Shown here piece after piece: positions 21,701 through 34,478 of a DNA stretch of 40,058 bases (the stretch's first letter is position 1; every line of letters starts with the position of its first letter). The stretch lies in assembly GCA_048213135.1 (NCBI GenBank), contig PS015426.1, forward strand, positions 1 to 40,058, in the 5' to 3' direction. The notes beneath the pieces are model-generated. The model saw only the letters and a list, made by a program, of their open reading frames with translations. It was not told where the DNA came from and did not search any database. This DNA is from Reclinomonas americana ATCC 50394 (lineage: Eukaryota). The position numbers and the translations under genes were made by a program.

Positions 21701-24700
21701 AAGCACGACGGTGAGTGAGTGCACTTCAGGCACATCAGAGCAAAGCACGGAAACGCAACCAGTCTCCGCCACCACATTCGGCGGGACGCGAATCTCGCGA
21801 ATCACGTGGTTGTCCGAGTCGGCCACCAACAATGCGCGCTTCCTGCTCGCAGTGAATATGAGGGGGAGAGGCATCGCAAGAGAACAAGGGTCGCGCGCAC
21901 CGTCGATTCCAGAACACTCCAGTGGGGAAACTGAAGCGTGCGCTTGTTGATGGGCCGTCTTGGAATCCCGCCTTGCCGGTGCCCGCCAGCGTGTGCACCA
22001 CTCTGCACATCCGCAGCAGAGGTCAACATGAGACCAACGAGTGTGCCACATAACAGAGACTTCGATCGCTCGTTTCTTCGCATCTCGATACACTGCAATC
22101 TAAGCAGAATACTTCTCTATTCACCAACATCTCGCACCTAAGTCCTGTCTGTCAATTCCATCTCTCTCACACACTCACTTGCACATACACACACGCACAC
22201 ACACGGTGTCCGAGCCATTCTTCTTTCTCTGTCGCACAAAGAACGCAAGAGTGCAAATGCATACTCCTCTCTACTCACAACCACATGCAGGTCTGTCAAT
22301 CTTCTCACGGTTCAGTGTGTTAGTATGCGTGCGAGCAGGTGAAGCTTAGAACACTGCTCTCAGGTTCTCGCCTCTCCTGTCCTCTACTCTCCTCCTCCCT
22401 CCCACACACACCCTTGATTGAGATCAACGACGCGGATGCAGTCGTTCAGTTCCGACACGAAAAGCCAGTTGAGCACGGGATCGTGGCAGATCTTTTGTGG
22501 ATACCTACAGCCGCTCAACGGTGAGTGCCACAAGACAAGAAACGAGAGACAGAGAGAGAGAGAGGCTGCGCAACTTGAACTTGGCGTCCTTGGCCAGACC
22601 ATTGACAAAGCCGCTCTCTCCAGTTCCCGCCACGGTCAGCGTGAAACCGTCCGACACACGCACAGAGCGGATGCGGTGATTCATGGTGTCGGCCTGTTGG
22701 GTTTGGCGTCCGTGAAATCGATCATGGTAATGAACACATGCGCTCGCACACGAACCACAAAGAGCCGGTCGCCGACCAGCACAATGCCATCGGGGCAGTG
22801 GAAACGCGCATTATGGCCACGAATATCGTCGCTAAAGCCGGACTCCTCCGACCCAGCAACCACGCGCATGGTCTGCTCCGGCATGTCCAGCGCCACAACA
22901 CCGCTCTTGACGCTCACGTACACTACCGTGCCTGTGTGCAGCCAGGTGAGAGATTGAGATGAAAGAGGAAGACAATGGAGAGAGCATACAAACCGGCAGC
23001 ATTGGCACAGACGCCCCTCGGCTCACACAAACGCGCATCGCGCCATGAACCGTGCTCCAGACCACTGCACCACAGTGAGCTTCACACCGATAAGAGGTGA
23101 CAATAGAAAAAATCGCACCGTTGTTTCTTGCCGCCGACCAGCGTCTGCACCGTAAGCTCCTCGACGGAGATGAGGCGAACGGCGTGATTGGAGGTGTCGG
23201 CGACGAGAATGTTGTCGTTGACGACACACAGGCCGGAGAGGAAGCCGAACTTGGCGGAACTGATCGGGCCGTCGACCAACTCGAAGCTGCCGACATTGGC
23301 GCCGCACAGGGTGAACACGCTGCCGGTTGGGTCGAGGCGACGGATGCATTGGTTGCCGCTCTCGGCTGCGAGGGGGAAGGGGGAGGGAAAAGGGGGCAGG
23401 GTGAGGCGAATCAGATTTCGTGAAGGCGGGCCAGAGGAAGGAGAGAGAAAGGAGAGCACAGTGAGATACAAAGAGTGATGTGAGTGAGATTTTGATAGGG
23501 AGAAGAGCAGCGACGCTGAGAGCCGGGTGAGTAATAACTCAGAGCATGAGAGGAATCAGGGAGGATGAATATAGAAGAACGAGATTCCGCATTGCCACAA
23601 CAGAGAGCCGCGGTACGGAACCGAGACAGAGCGAAAAGTGAGCAAGATGAACAGAGGTGCACAAGAGTGTCGTAGAACGAATGCAAACGACCACGATGAG
23701 ACGCACGAAGAGCACAAGCAGCAGATCGAGAAGCAAAGGCCGCGCATGAAAGTGCGAGAAAGAAACAGGAGATGCAGACTCAAGTCAGGTACGTCAGCGC
23801 GAAGTAGAAGGAATGAGGAGCGAGACGAGAAAGACGGCTGAGAATTGCCACGAAGGCCCTTCGTAACGCCTGTCTTCCTCTTCTCTTCTTTTCCCTCGTC
23901 TCTTGGCATGCAAACAAAATGCAATAAAGAGCTGTCGATACGCCTGCCTTCCCTCTTCTCTTCTTTACTCTATCCCTCTTCGCATACAAAATGCTGCACC
24001 GAAGACCTTCGATACGCCTGCCTTCCCTCTTCTCCTTTTTCCTCATCTCTTGGCATGCAACCAAAATGCAATTAAAGCCCTTTCTTTCCATCCAGCTTCT
24101 CTCTCAGGATGCAAGAGCCTTCGACATGCCTCACCCCCTTCCCCTTTACCCCTTCCCCCTTCGACTCACCAATCAACAGCGATCCCTTGGCCATCATCCC
24201 CAAATCACACGGATTGGCAAACATGGTCTCCTGCGCCGTCCCATCGCGGTGCCCCTCCTGTCCCACACCGCACACCGTGCGCACCTCCAGATGCATCATG
24301 TTCACCCGCGGCGACGTCGCAGCCAACAACGTCGTCGTCGTCGTCGTCGCCGATGCATCAGTCGCCTCCACAGCCGAGGAGGCAGAGGACACGGGCACGG
24401 TCCTGCGCGCTGGCGATGCCGAAGCCGTGCGCTGGTGGTGAAGTTGAGCGGCGGCGGCCACGCGAGGCGTCGGACGAGCCGAAGTCATTGATGGCGGTGG
24501 TGGTGGTGGAATGAACGCAGGACCCGCACTCACCAGTGACGGTGGCTGCTGAGTCACCAATGGAGGTGGAGGAGGAGACACTGCGGTGGCGCTGGGTGGA
24601 CGAAAGAGTTGCTGTTTGTATTGTGCTGGTTGAGGGGAACCGCGCGCAGCTGCTGCTGCTGGTGAGGGCGATGCCGAGTCCATCATGTATGCGGAGAGAC

Positions 24701-24858
24701 GAGGAGGTGCGAGGAGAGAGGGGTTGTGACCGGCACCAGTGGGCGTCATGCTGCGAAGGAACTCCTCCACGCCTGTGTGCGCGAGTGTGAGTGTGTGTGT
24801 GAGTGTGTGAGATACAGAATGTATTGACGAAACCAATCGGCGATGCTGTTCGCTGCAT
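18800..24858 (-). CDS. Large multi-exon NHL-repeat beta-propeller protein with dynein-stalk MTBD-like domain and C-terminal coiled coil
   Basis: NHL repeats: GHRDGTAQETMFANP, AESGNQCIRRL, ILVADTSNHAVRLI, AGTGKAGFQDGPSTSARFSFPTGV and LVADSDNHVIREI. These are followed by LRELTDYQVRQLRGFTHPP...SW...LIKWLLAFEK, a Ser-rich linker and coiled coil LRAQVADLVSENRRLR. Stop at 18800. Confidence 0.8.
23860..24140. repeat. ~73 bp tandem repeat, about 4 copies, intronic
   Basis: acgcctgccttccctcttctc and aaaatgc recur at about 73 bp spacing. cttggcatgcaa occurs near 23902 and 24049. Confidence 0.75.
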
Positions 24859-25170
24859 GGCGAGGCGAGGAGTGGAGGAGGAAGAAGGAAGGAAGGAAGC
24901 AAGCAGAGATGTGTGCGCGTGAGTGAGGTTTTCGAGTGGAGAGGTGCCTTGCAATCCGTTGACCGGTTCGACCGTTGGATGAAAAATGTGTCGTCGCGAT
25001 TGGAGTGGCTTGCAGTGGCGGAAGCCTCTCTGCAGTACGCACTGAAAAGGGAGCGTGCAAGCGGCTGGTGTCGTTGCGTTTGCGTGACATTTTGTGTAAT
25101 GCATCTACAGTCGAAATCGACTTGAAATTTCACGCAAACGCACAGAAACGCACTCGCTGACGCGCGCACT
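24859..25170. promoter_or_regulatory. Probable compact bidirectional promoter
   Basis: About 310 bp between the divergent inferred ATGs at 24858 (-) and 25171 (+). Inferred from gene geometry only. Confidence 0.45.
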
Positions 25171-28097
25171 ATGGTCTCACGGCGTGATGCCGGCTCGCCC
25201 TCCTTTCTCACCGAGGTGGCGCACCTGCCAGGTAACGCACATTCACACTCACACACACACTCTTCTTTCCTCGTGAATTCACGTCCTGTTCACAGATGTG
25301 ACTCGCGAGTCCATTCCTCCGCGCCCGCCTCCTTCGGCACACGAACCGTTTGTGCTGCCGACGCCAGGCGCACAGAGTGGCTCGTTTCGACGCACAAGAG
25401 GCACGGCTGCGTCGAGTTCCGCTCTCGATCTGCGCTTTCCACCCGTGTCGCCGGATCGAGCAGGCTCGGACGCCGCCGCCACCACACTCTCGCGCTTTAC
25501 TGACCTGCGCAACACCAAGTACGACTATCTACTTTATGTTCTCGACAAGCAAGAGGTAATCAGGCTCTACAATCATGCCTGCTTGCACCCAGTCTCATCC
25601 ACGGCGTGCAGGAGGACGCCGAGGGAGAGAAAAAGGCCACCACTGCGGTTGCTTCGCCGTCTCCCATGTCGCCGTCGCGTCGCGATCCTCGTCTCGATCA
25701 GCTGTATGTGTCGTTGCTGGAGCCGGTGCCATCGGCCGACACGCAGGCCAATGGCGGTGCTGGGGATCGAGGTCGCGGAAGGGCACAGCAAGGTCAGCAA
25801 TGGTCATCAGATGCTTGTGTATTCCTTTCTTTTCCGCGTCTCACACGCGTGCATGCATGTACAGCGGCGAGTTCCTTTGTGACCAAGAAGCGGCGCCTGA
25901 ACAGCCAGAGTGTCAGCTCGCATGAGAGCTTGTCGACGCTGCGCAATCTGGAACGACGGCTGACCAAGCTGGCCAGCGACAGCAAGGAGCGGAGAGATTT
26001 GGAGATTCGCGTTGGTGAGCAGAAGTGTGTGCAGGAAAAGCCGCAACAGGAGGGATCGATTCTCATTGTGTCCACTCCCAGCCGAGTACTTGCGCGAGAG
26101 ACGACACTCGGACGGCACACTGAGTATTCTGGAGCGCAACAAGAGGGCGCTGATCGAGTCGGCGCCAGATGCCAAGGCTGAGCGGCTGGAGAACAAGGTA
26201 AGCTCGTGATGTCGCGCGCTGTCCATTGTCTGTCGAGGTAGTCCTCCTCCTCACGCCACCAATCATGCAGGCGCGGTTTTTCGTGGAGCACCAGCACGAA
26301 GTGCTGCAGCGCAGTGTGGAGGTGTTTGCTGAGCGACAGGAGCGATTGGCGGAGAAGCTGGCGCAGCAGGAGCGGGTGCGTGTGTATTCTTGTTGCGCGA
26401 CATATCTATAACATTTTCATCTCATCCGTGAGACCACAGACGCAACGCTCCAAGGAGGACATTCTGGCGGAGATGGTGCAGCGCAATGTGCTCACCATTG
26501 TCATCACCACGGCCAGTCGGCTGCTGGTTCTTTCTCGGGCTCTGATGGTCAGTGACCAACCAAGTGAGTAAGAGAGTGTGCACTTGTCTCTCGCTCACTC
26601 CCCATGCGCTGCAGAACGACCGTGCTTGCCGACAAGTGCGCGTCAAACTGCACACCAAGGCCGCCCTGCTGCAGCGCAACATGCAGATGTGGTATCGTCG
26701 GCTCGTCACTCGGCGCTTCTCCAACGGCATGCGCGTGTTCACTCGGTACTGGGACTGGAGTTTGTCAGCATTCAATCGCGTTGTTCCTCACTTCACCACC
26801 AACACAGAGTCTTCAACGCGTACCTATCGAAGAGGAGGCGTCGTTTCAGGGTGCAGGCTGTGAACTGGATCATCGAGTTCCTCAACGCGCAGCGTGAATC
26901 CACGAAACTGGTCATCATTGTTCGACGCTTCCGCAATGCCGGTCTGTGACTGTTGTGTATCGCGTCACACACCGTTGTCAGGCACACTCACAGCCGAGCG
27001 TGCAGTCCGCAAGATCCAGTCGTTCTTCCGACAACGTCAGTTCCAAAACGTGACACGCTACGGTCTCAGTATGCAATCCTGGGAGCGTTCGGCGTCCAAC
27101 ATCATCGCCGCGTACGACTATGCCTTGCAGGTTAGATGTCGACAAGCAATTCTTCCTTCATCCCTATTTGTACCTCACACTTCCTTGCCGCAGTATCAAC
27201 GCGCGGCAGCCCGCAATCCCAACTTCCAGATGCCGCGCCCTCCTCCCGACAACTACATGCGTTCTCTGTTGCGTGCACTCCAAGTTGTTTCGACAGTCGA
27301 GCCAGCAGTCTGTCTGATGTGCCCCACCCTCTTGCAGTTCACTATTCCCCAACGTCACCTTGTCGATCGCCGGCAAGAAGGAGCTGCTGAAGCGCATGTC
27401 CAGGTTGGTTTATCATTCATTGCTTATGTACCCGTGCCACACCGCCGCTGAACTTGTGTGCGCACACAGAGAACAAAAGATGGCGGTGCTGCAGGAACAC
27501 TGGCGCGAACAGCAGCGCCAGTTCCGGGAGCGCCTGCGGCAGTATCACGAGGACTTCAAGGCCTTCCAGAAAATGGCGGCCTACATCAAGATGCGCCGTG
27601 TTGTCACTGGCCGGGCCGCCGAGAACATTGACCTCGATCCGCCTGCACTGCCGACCATGCGCATCGTCATCTCGGAGGAAGAGGTATTGCGGTATACTTT
27701 CGCGCTCTCCCCATCATCGTGCACTCACCTTGGAGTGCCCGTGCAGATCATGCGGTTGATTGATCGTGCAATCACCGACGCCGCCATGAAACTGCGTGCC
27801 TCGTTCCACCGATCCTCATCTCCGTTGCGTTCACTCCATGTGAAGCACTCTTCTCTCGCTCCGCTGACTCACCCCATATCCAGTGAGCGGCCAGTGTCGC
27901 CACCGACCACAGAAGATGTCCCGCCTCCACCTTCCACGCCACCCTCCGAAACTGCTCCTGCAGACGACGACGACGACGCCGCCTGCTCGCCAGATTCCCA
28001 GCCACAGGAAACTCCAGTCGTTGCACCCGGTGCCAGTGAGAGCACCGAGGAACGACCACTGGTGCCGATTCTGCCTCCCACTGCGTTTAGGAAATGA
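25171..28097 (+). CDS. Multi-exon coiled-coil protein with IQ-like motifs, unknown function
   Basis: MVSRRDAGSP...|DVTRESIPP... followed by a chain of in-phase short exons. IQ-like segments AALLQRNMQMWYRR and AVRKIQSFFRQRQ, coiled coil EQQRQFRERLRQY, stop at 28097. Confidence 0.7.
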
Positions 28098-28375
28098 AAT
28101 CTGTTTGCAATATGCTCATTTCACCACAGCGAGGTGGGCGTGTACACTACTCACTTGTTCTCGGCAGCGTAGCACCAAAATGCCTTCTCACATAAACAGA
28201 TCAACATACACACAAAATGCAAATCGCGAAAACTATACATGTCTTTTTCTCTCTACTCCTTCTCCTTATCCCGTCACTCCATAACTCACTGCACCTCAAC
28301 AAACACATACAAAAAAATCATGTACGGCCGAGCACGTACCTCTCTCTCTTCCACTGTCTCTACTCTTTCAGGTGA

Positions 28376-31300
28376 TCACGGACTGAACGACAGCTCAAAG
28401 GTCACTCGGCAAAACACGAAAAAGATGACGGCCATGATCGCCTGCAGCAAGAACCAGAAGCCCATCACCGACGGACCCATGATGCCGGACGAGCGGTTGA
28501 TGACAAACGGCGGCGTCTGCGAGAACGACTTGCGCGGCACGACATTTTGCGGCGGTGGTCGCACCGGTGGTCGCAGATCGGCAGCCGCACGTAACCGCTC
28601 GTCAGCCGACATGGAGGCCATGGAGACGCGCTCACGAGGTGGGCTGGCGGCAGCGGTGTGGTGCTTGCGACGGCGGGATGCGGGAGGCGACGGTTGCTTG
28701 GGCGAGGCGTCCACCAGCGCAAAGCAGTCGACACGCGTGATATCGCGAGTCACTGCACGCTCGTCCACTTCGTCCACAGCCTCAGTCGTGGCGGCGGTCG
28801 CCGCCGACACTGGCGATGGTGACTGAGGCGATGCGCTCGCCGCTGCATTGACCTTGCCGTGCACCGACTCGAGCAGCTCGACAATGCGTTCCTGGCGCTG
28901 CGATTCGACCGACGACTCTTGCTGACGGCGCAGCGAAGCAGTGACTTTCTTCACCGCCGAGGCCGCGGCCTCCTCGGCCACCGACACCATCTCCTGACGC
29001 ATGGCCTGGCGCATGTCCAGCATGGCGGCTGTGACGAAAAAGGACAGAATGAGCTAAAGGAGGGCAAGAGAAAAAAAAGAGTGCGGACACACACGCACCC
29101 TTCATCTCGCGCGCAAGCTGCGCCGCAAGCTCAGACACTGCACTCTCCACAACCTTTTGGGGGTTGGACGCCTGCGGGATGGCGTCGAGGCGTTCGGCCA
29201 CTTGCTGCACCACGGCGTCGTGCTTGTTCTGCACTGTGCGAATGTCGCCAATCTGTTCCTCGATGCGGGTGATGCAGTCTGCGTGCGGCGGAGAGGGTGA
29301 GCTGCTGCAGATTCAAGTCACTAGGGGCACAGAGGGGGAGACAAACCGTGCCAGTTGGTCTTCTCGACGGTGTCAACAGTCTCGCCAGCAGTAGCAACAA
29401 TGCCTGCGCACGTGCAAAAGGCGGTGAGGAGTGGGAGGGATAGAGAGAAAGGAGTGACTGCTCATTGTGCGCACCACCAGCAGACTTGACGAAGCGGGTG
29501 GCCACCAGGTCGGTCACGCTGTCGCTAATCTGCGACGCACGCTGCAGCAGCGGGGTCACAGTTGACGAGGGAACAGCATTGGCCGTGCGGTGGAGAGCGG
29601 CGATAATGTCGGTCTCCAGGTGCTGCGCAAAGCCTGTGTGGTGTGGTGTGACGGAGGTGAGTTTCATGTGTGTGCTTGGAGAGTTCCTCGGAAATGTGCG
29701 AATTGCACGCACCTTCCATGCGCTTGCTGAGTTGGCCTTCGCGGTTCTGAATGGCCTCCTTGGTGGCGGCGCAGGCCTTTTCAGCCAGGCGCTCCGACAG
29801 GGTCGAGAATTCCTCTGTGCGAAAGGGGGAGGTGAGTGAGGGGGCGGAGAAGGAAGGGAGGAGAGGGAGCAAAGATAAGAGAGAGAGATAAGGGAGAAAG
29901 AGACAAGGGAGAGGGAGATAAGGGAGAGGAAGCTAAGGGAGAGGAAGCTAAGGGAGAGGGAGATAAGGGAGAGGGAGATAAGGGAGAGGGAGATAAGGGA
30001 GAGGGAGATAAGGGAGAGGGAGATAAGGGAGAGGGAGAAGGAGAGGGAGAGGGGGAGACCGAGAAAGAGGAGGAGAAATTGAGGGAGAGAGGGGAGAATG
30101 AGCAGGAGAGGGAGGGAGGCGAAGGTGTGAGAGGAAGAGGGGAAGAAATAGACAAGGTAAAGGAGAGCGAAGTGGGATCGAAGAGCAACAGCGAATGAAG
30201 GGAGGAGGTGGGATCCGAGAAAAGAGGCAGACTGAGACAAAGCAGACTGGGAAAACGGCACTCAACTCTCAAATTTGTCCTGCGCCAGCTCGCTGGCAGT
30301 GCGCTTGGAGACGGCCGACACAGTTCGGTCAATCATCTCACTGACGCTGTCTTGCGTGGAGCGGAACCACTCTGCGTGACATGGAGTTGAGAGGCACGAA
30401 TTTCAACGACCGGTCAAGGCAATAAAGGTCTCACGAACCAGTCATGTGGTCGCTGAGTGCAGCGCGCAACTGCTTCGAAAGCAGGCCAAAGGTGCCGACT
30501 CGAAGGCGAATCGACTCGGCCTCCACCATGTTGTCGGCGTCTGCCATGCAAAACAGTCAGCGCAAAGAAAGTATTGGCCTGCATGTTATTCTGACGCACC
30601 AGCCACTGCCTCGGCCACCGCTTGGCGAGCCTCGTCGGGCGAGTAGGATGTCGCAAACTTGCCGTTCTCCAGCTGCTGGTTGACCACGGCAATGGCCGCA
30701 AAGCACTCGTTGATGCGCTCCGCGTTGCCGGCCGTCGCTTGTATGATCTCTGCGCGAAGATGTGTTTCGAAATCAGCACCCTGCATGACGACGACGAGAG
30801 ACATGAAGAACATGCGCCTCACTCACCCTGCAAGTGAGCCAGCACCACGTGGTGCTCCTTGGCAGACTCGAGACGCAGCACTTTCTCTGCACGAGCGAAA
30901 GCGAGAGAAATCATAAGCAAAGGAGACGAGACGGAGAATGCACGAGGAGGGCAAGGACCTTGCAGGCGCTCCAACTCGGAGAACAGACGGCGGTAGTAGG
31001 TGGGAGCTGCGCGCATTTCAGAGTGAGGCAAAGTAAGTTGAATGGAAGGAGAGGATGATTATTACTCACAAACAGCGCTGCGGGTGCCGCCCGGCGACAT
31101 GGAGTGGAACGATTGCTCGAGCGACCCAGAGCTGGTGTTCAGCGCCGGTGGAGCCGGGAGGGTGCGGAAACGGACCTTCTCGCGCTGCTCGCGAGTGACA
31201 CGCGTCATCTCGGCGTGCTTCTGGCGCATCTGGTCAATGGCGTCGCACACTTCGCTCGGGTTCGATGCCGTCGACGTGGTGGTGGTGTCGGCGGCCGCGG

Positions 31301-33679
31301 TGGTGGTGGTGGTCGCGGAGGCGACAGTTGTCGCAATGCTCGGCTCGCTTTGCATGCGCTGAAGGAGTGGCTTGACGGCCTTGAGCATCGCCTCGTGGTG
31401 CTTCAGGATATCTGTTGTAGGGAAAGGGGTATGAGGGAAGTGAAGGGAAAGGAGGCGAAGGGAAGGGATAATGGATGAGGGAGGAAGAGGGAGGAAGAGG
31501 GAGGAAGAGGAAGGAAGAGGAAGGAAGAGGAAGGAAGAGGAAGGAAGAGGGAGGAAGAGGGAGGAAGACGGGGGAAGAGGGAGGAAGAGGAAGGAAGAGA
31601 GTGGAAGAGAGTGGAAGAGAGTGGAAGAGAGTGGAAGAGGATGGAAGAGGGTGAAAGAGGGAGAAAGAGGGTGAAAATGAAAGAGAGTGGGCGAGGGTGG
31701 AAGAGGGTGGGGGAGGGAGGAAGAGGGAGCAAGACGGAGGAAAGAGGGAGGAAGAGGGGAAAAAGAGAAAAGAAAGGAAGCGAGGAGAGAGATGCAAGAG
31801 TGAGAAGAGAGACGGGAGCAGAGGTGGGAAGGAGGCGTGAACGGGAAGGTAAATAACAGTGAGATGGCAGACATTATACGCCGTGTGGTGGGTGATGGAT
31901 ATAGAAGAAAGAAAGAAGCGGCAAGGAGAGGAAATATCAAGACAAGAAAGTGTCTGAGAAAGGCCCATTCCCTTTCCACATACCTCGCTGCTGCTCGCTA
32001 ATGGCGCTCTGGCTGCCGCGAATCGTGTCGAGGTCGCCGGCAAACTCCTGCAGCAGCTCGTTCATGAACGCGGTAAAGTGTGCGCGCATGTCCACCTCCT
32101 CTGTCTGAGCAGGCATCGCCAGGGCCGCTTGCGCCTCGGCGGTGGCCGTCGACATGACAGAGGTGCTGGTGCCGCGAATGCCCTCCATGAGGTCGTGCAG
32201 CTGGTCCTGGATGAAGAGGATTTGCGTGCGCAAATCGTCGGCCACTGTGCTGAGCTCCTGGCCAGTGACAACATCGGCGGGGAGACCACTCATGAGCGAC
32301 GAGTTGAGCGAGCCGCGACGAGCTGTTTTTTTCGAGCAAGAGAGTCAGGCAAATGATGAAAACAGGGACTAAATGAGACCAGTACACACCACGAGCGACC
32401 GAGGACGGCGTGCCGAGGTTGAGCACTGCGGGGGAGCGCAGACCAGCAAACAGGTCGCCGGCTGTGCACGGAGTAATCGGCAGCACGTCGGGCTCCACCA
32501 GACCCTCGGTGAGGATGCTGACCGAGCCGCGGCGGTGAATCGACATGGGCGTGGTGGCGGCAGCAATGACGGCGGCCACCGCGCTGCTGCTGCTGTTGCT
32601 GCTGCTCTGCTTGATCTCCTTCTCCTTCTCGGAGAGACGCGCCTCCAGCTCACGCATCTTCAGGTAGTTCTCGTTGATCTCGTGCAGCCACTCCTGCTCC
32701 TTGTGCATGTACTCGAGCTCGACCTGCTGCAGCTTCTCGCAGTCTTGCATCGACTCGGTGATCTGCAACGACGAACATCAAATAAGCTTGCGCGCGTCAC
32801 AACAAGAGTGGGTCTGCGTGAAAGGCACACCTGTCGCTCCAGATCACGAATGCGCGTCTCCTTCTCCAGCAACTCGCGATTGAGATCGCGCATGTCGGTC
32901 GGCAGCTGGAACGAGGGGCGACGAGTGGCGGAGAGCGGGGTGTTGCTGCCACCGACGCTGGTGTTGAGCACGGCGCTGCCAGTTGACATGGTCGCGCGGT
33001 GTCGCGACACCACCGACGACGGAGGAGGCACGGCCGGCGATCGAGTCGACGACAGGAAGCAGTGCAACGCGTCGCACGAGTCGTCCAGAGGCGATCGCTC
33101 CGAAGCCGGTTCAGGCGCCGGTGGCGACGCGCCCAGGAACGAGTTGCTGGGCGACATGCCTACGAAGAGAGAGACACACCAATGAGAATATGACAAACGG
33201 TTTGTGAGGCAACAATGCACGCACCTGGTCCAAAGCTGCACGGTGACGGAATGTGCTCATCGTCCAGCAATGCAGCCGCGCTGTTCTTGCGCTGCATGCA
33301 CCATCGTGTGTGAGTGAGCGCGAAAGACAGAGAGGCAGAGAGACAAAGAGGGGACAGCACTCACTCGTGTCGACAAGGCGTGAATGGGCGAGTCCAGTGG
33401 CATGAGCTCCCCGCCCGTGGGCGACAACTGCAGTGCCGACGAGAGGCTAATGACCGACACCTTGCGCGCACTAGCATCATACGAGGCATACAGTGGCGTG
33501 GTCTCCTCATCGTCGCCTCCAATCTCCTCGGCCTCCTCCACACGCGGAGGTGACGAGGCCTCAAAGAGATCATACGCGCCCTGCTTTTGCACGGCCAGGC
33601 GCACTGAGCGCCGCACAATCTCCTCTGCCGAGGAGGAGGAGTCGCCCATCAACGGCAACGAGTTGTCGAGGTAGTCCAT
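28376..33679 (-). CDS. Long coiled-coil protein with a single C-terminal transmembrane helix (tail-anchored); start may be further upstream
   Basis: MDYLDNSLPL..., heptad-rich exons (LNRELLEKETRIRDLERQ; LKMRELEARLSEKEKEIKQ), and last exon ending VMGFWFLLQAIMAVIFFVFC-RVTFELSFSP*. Confidence 0.7.
29885..30035. repeat. 15 bp minisatellite (gataagggagaggga)n, about 9 copies, intronic
   Basis: Directly visible tandem units. Confidence 0.9.
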
Positions 33680-34478
33680 ACTGGTGGCCGTTGAGTGGCG
33701 CAAGGCACGTGCCTGCTCTGCAAATGATGCAATTGCCGAGCAGACTCGTCGGGGAGAAGAGGAGGAGGAAGAGGAAGGTGGAGAGAGTGTGCGGAACGAG
33801 GGCAGTGCGTGTGAGCGCGAAGGAGAGTGGTGAGAGAAAGAAGAGGAGGAAAGAGGTGGAGTGGTGGTCCTGGCGCTCTGACGGCGGAGAAACGAGTCAA
33901 AGCCGCGCATAACGGTCGGATTGTGGCCAATTGCGGAGGGTGGATTTGTGTTGGCAGGCGGTTGTGTTTTGTGTGTGTGAGGGAGAGAGAGAGAGAGTGC
34001 GTGCGTGCAAGTGCGTGTGTGGTGGAATGCTTGAGTGAAATGCTGGTTGAGGAGGGAGTGAAGATGATGAAGAGGGCGTCATTGCCAAAAATTTATTGGT
34101 TTTCTTGGATTGCGCGCGCCAGAATCTCTGAATCTGTGGCCGGCGAATAAAAGGACGGGGTCGCAACGTGGAGAGTGAGAGGGGGATGAGGTGCGTGAGA
34201 GGAGAGGGAGGTGGAAGGGGGGTCACAGAGGGGGCCGTGTGTTCAGTTGTCCGGAGAGTGCGCAAGCACGCGTTTGTTGTGTGTTTTTCCTTCGATATGT
34301 TGAGTGGTGAGTGGTGAGTGGAATCCGCGTTATTGCACCAATAGCAACAGCACGCCAAAGTGCCAACTCCAATCATCTCCAACGACACCAATCACGACTG
34401 CGGCGAGGAACGGCTTCGCTCAACGGCTAATCTGCCGTCACATTTCTTTGCTTCCCTTCCCACAAAAATGGCGTTCAC

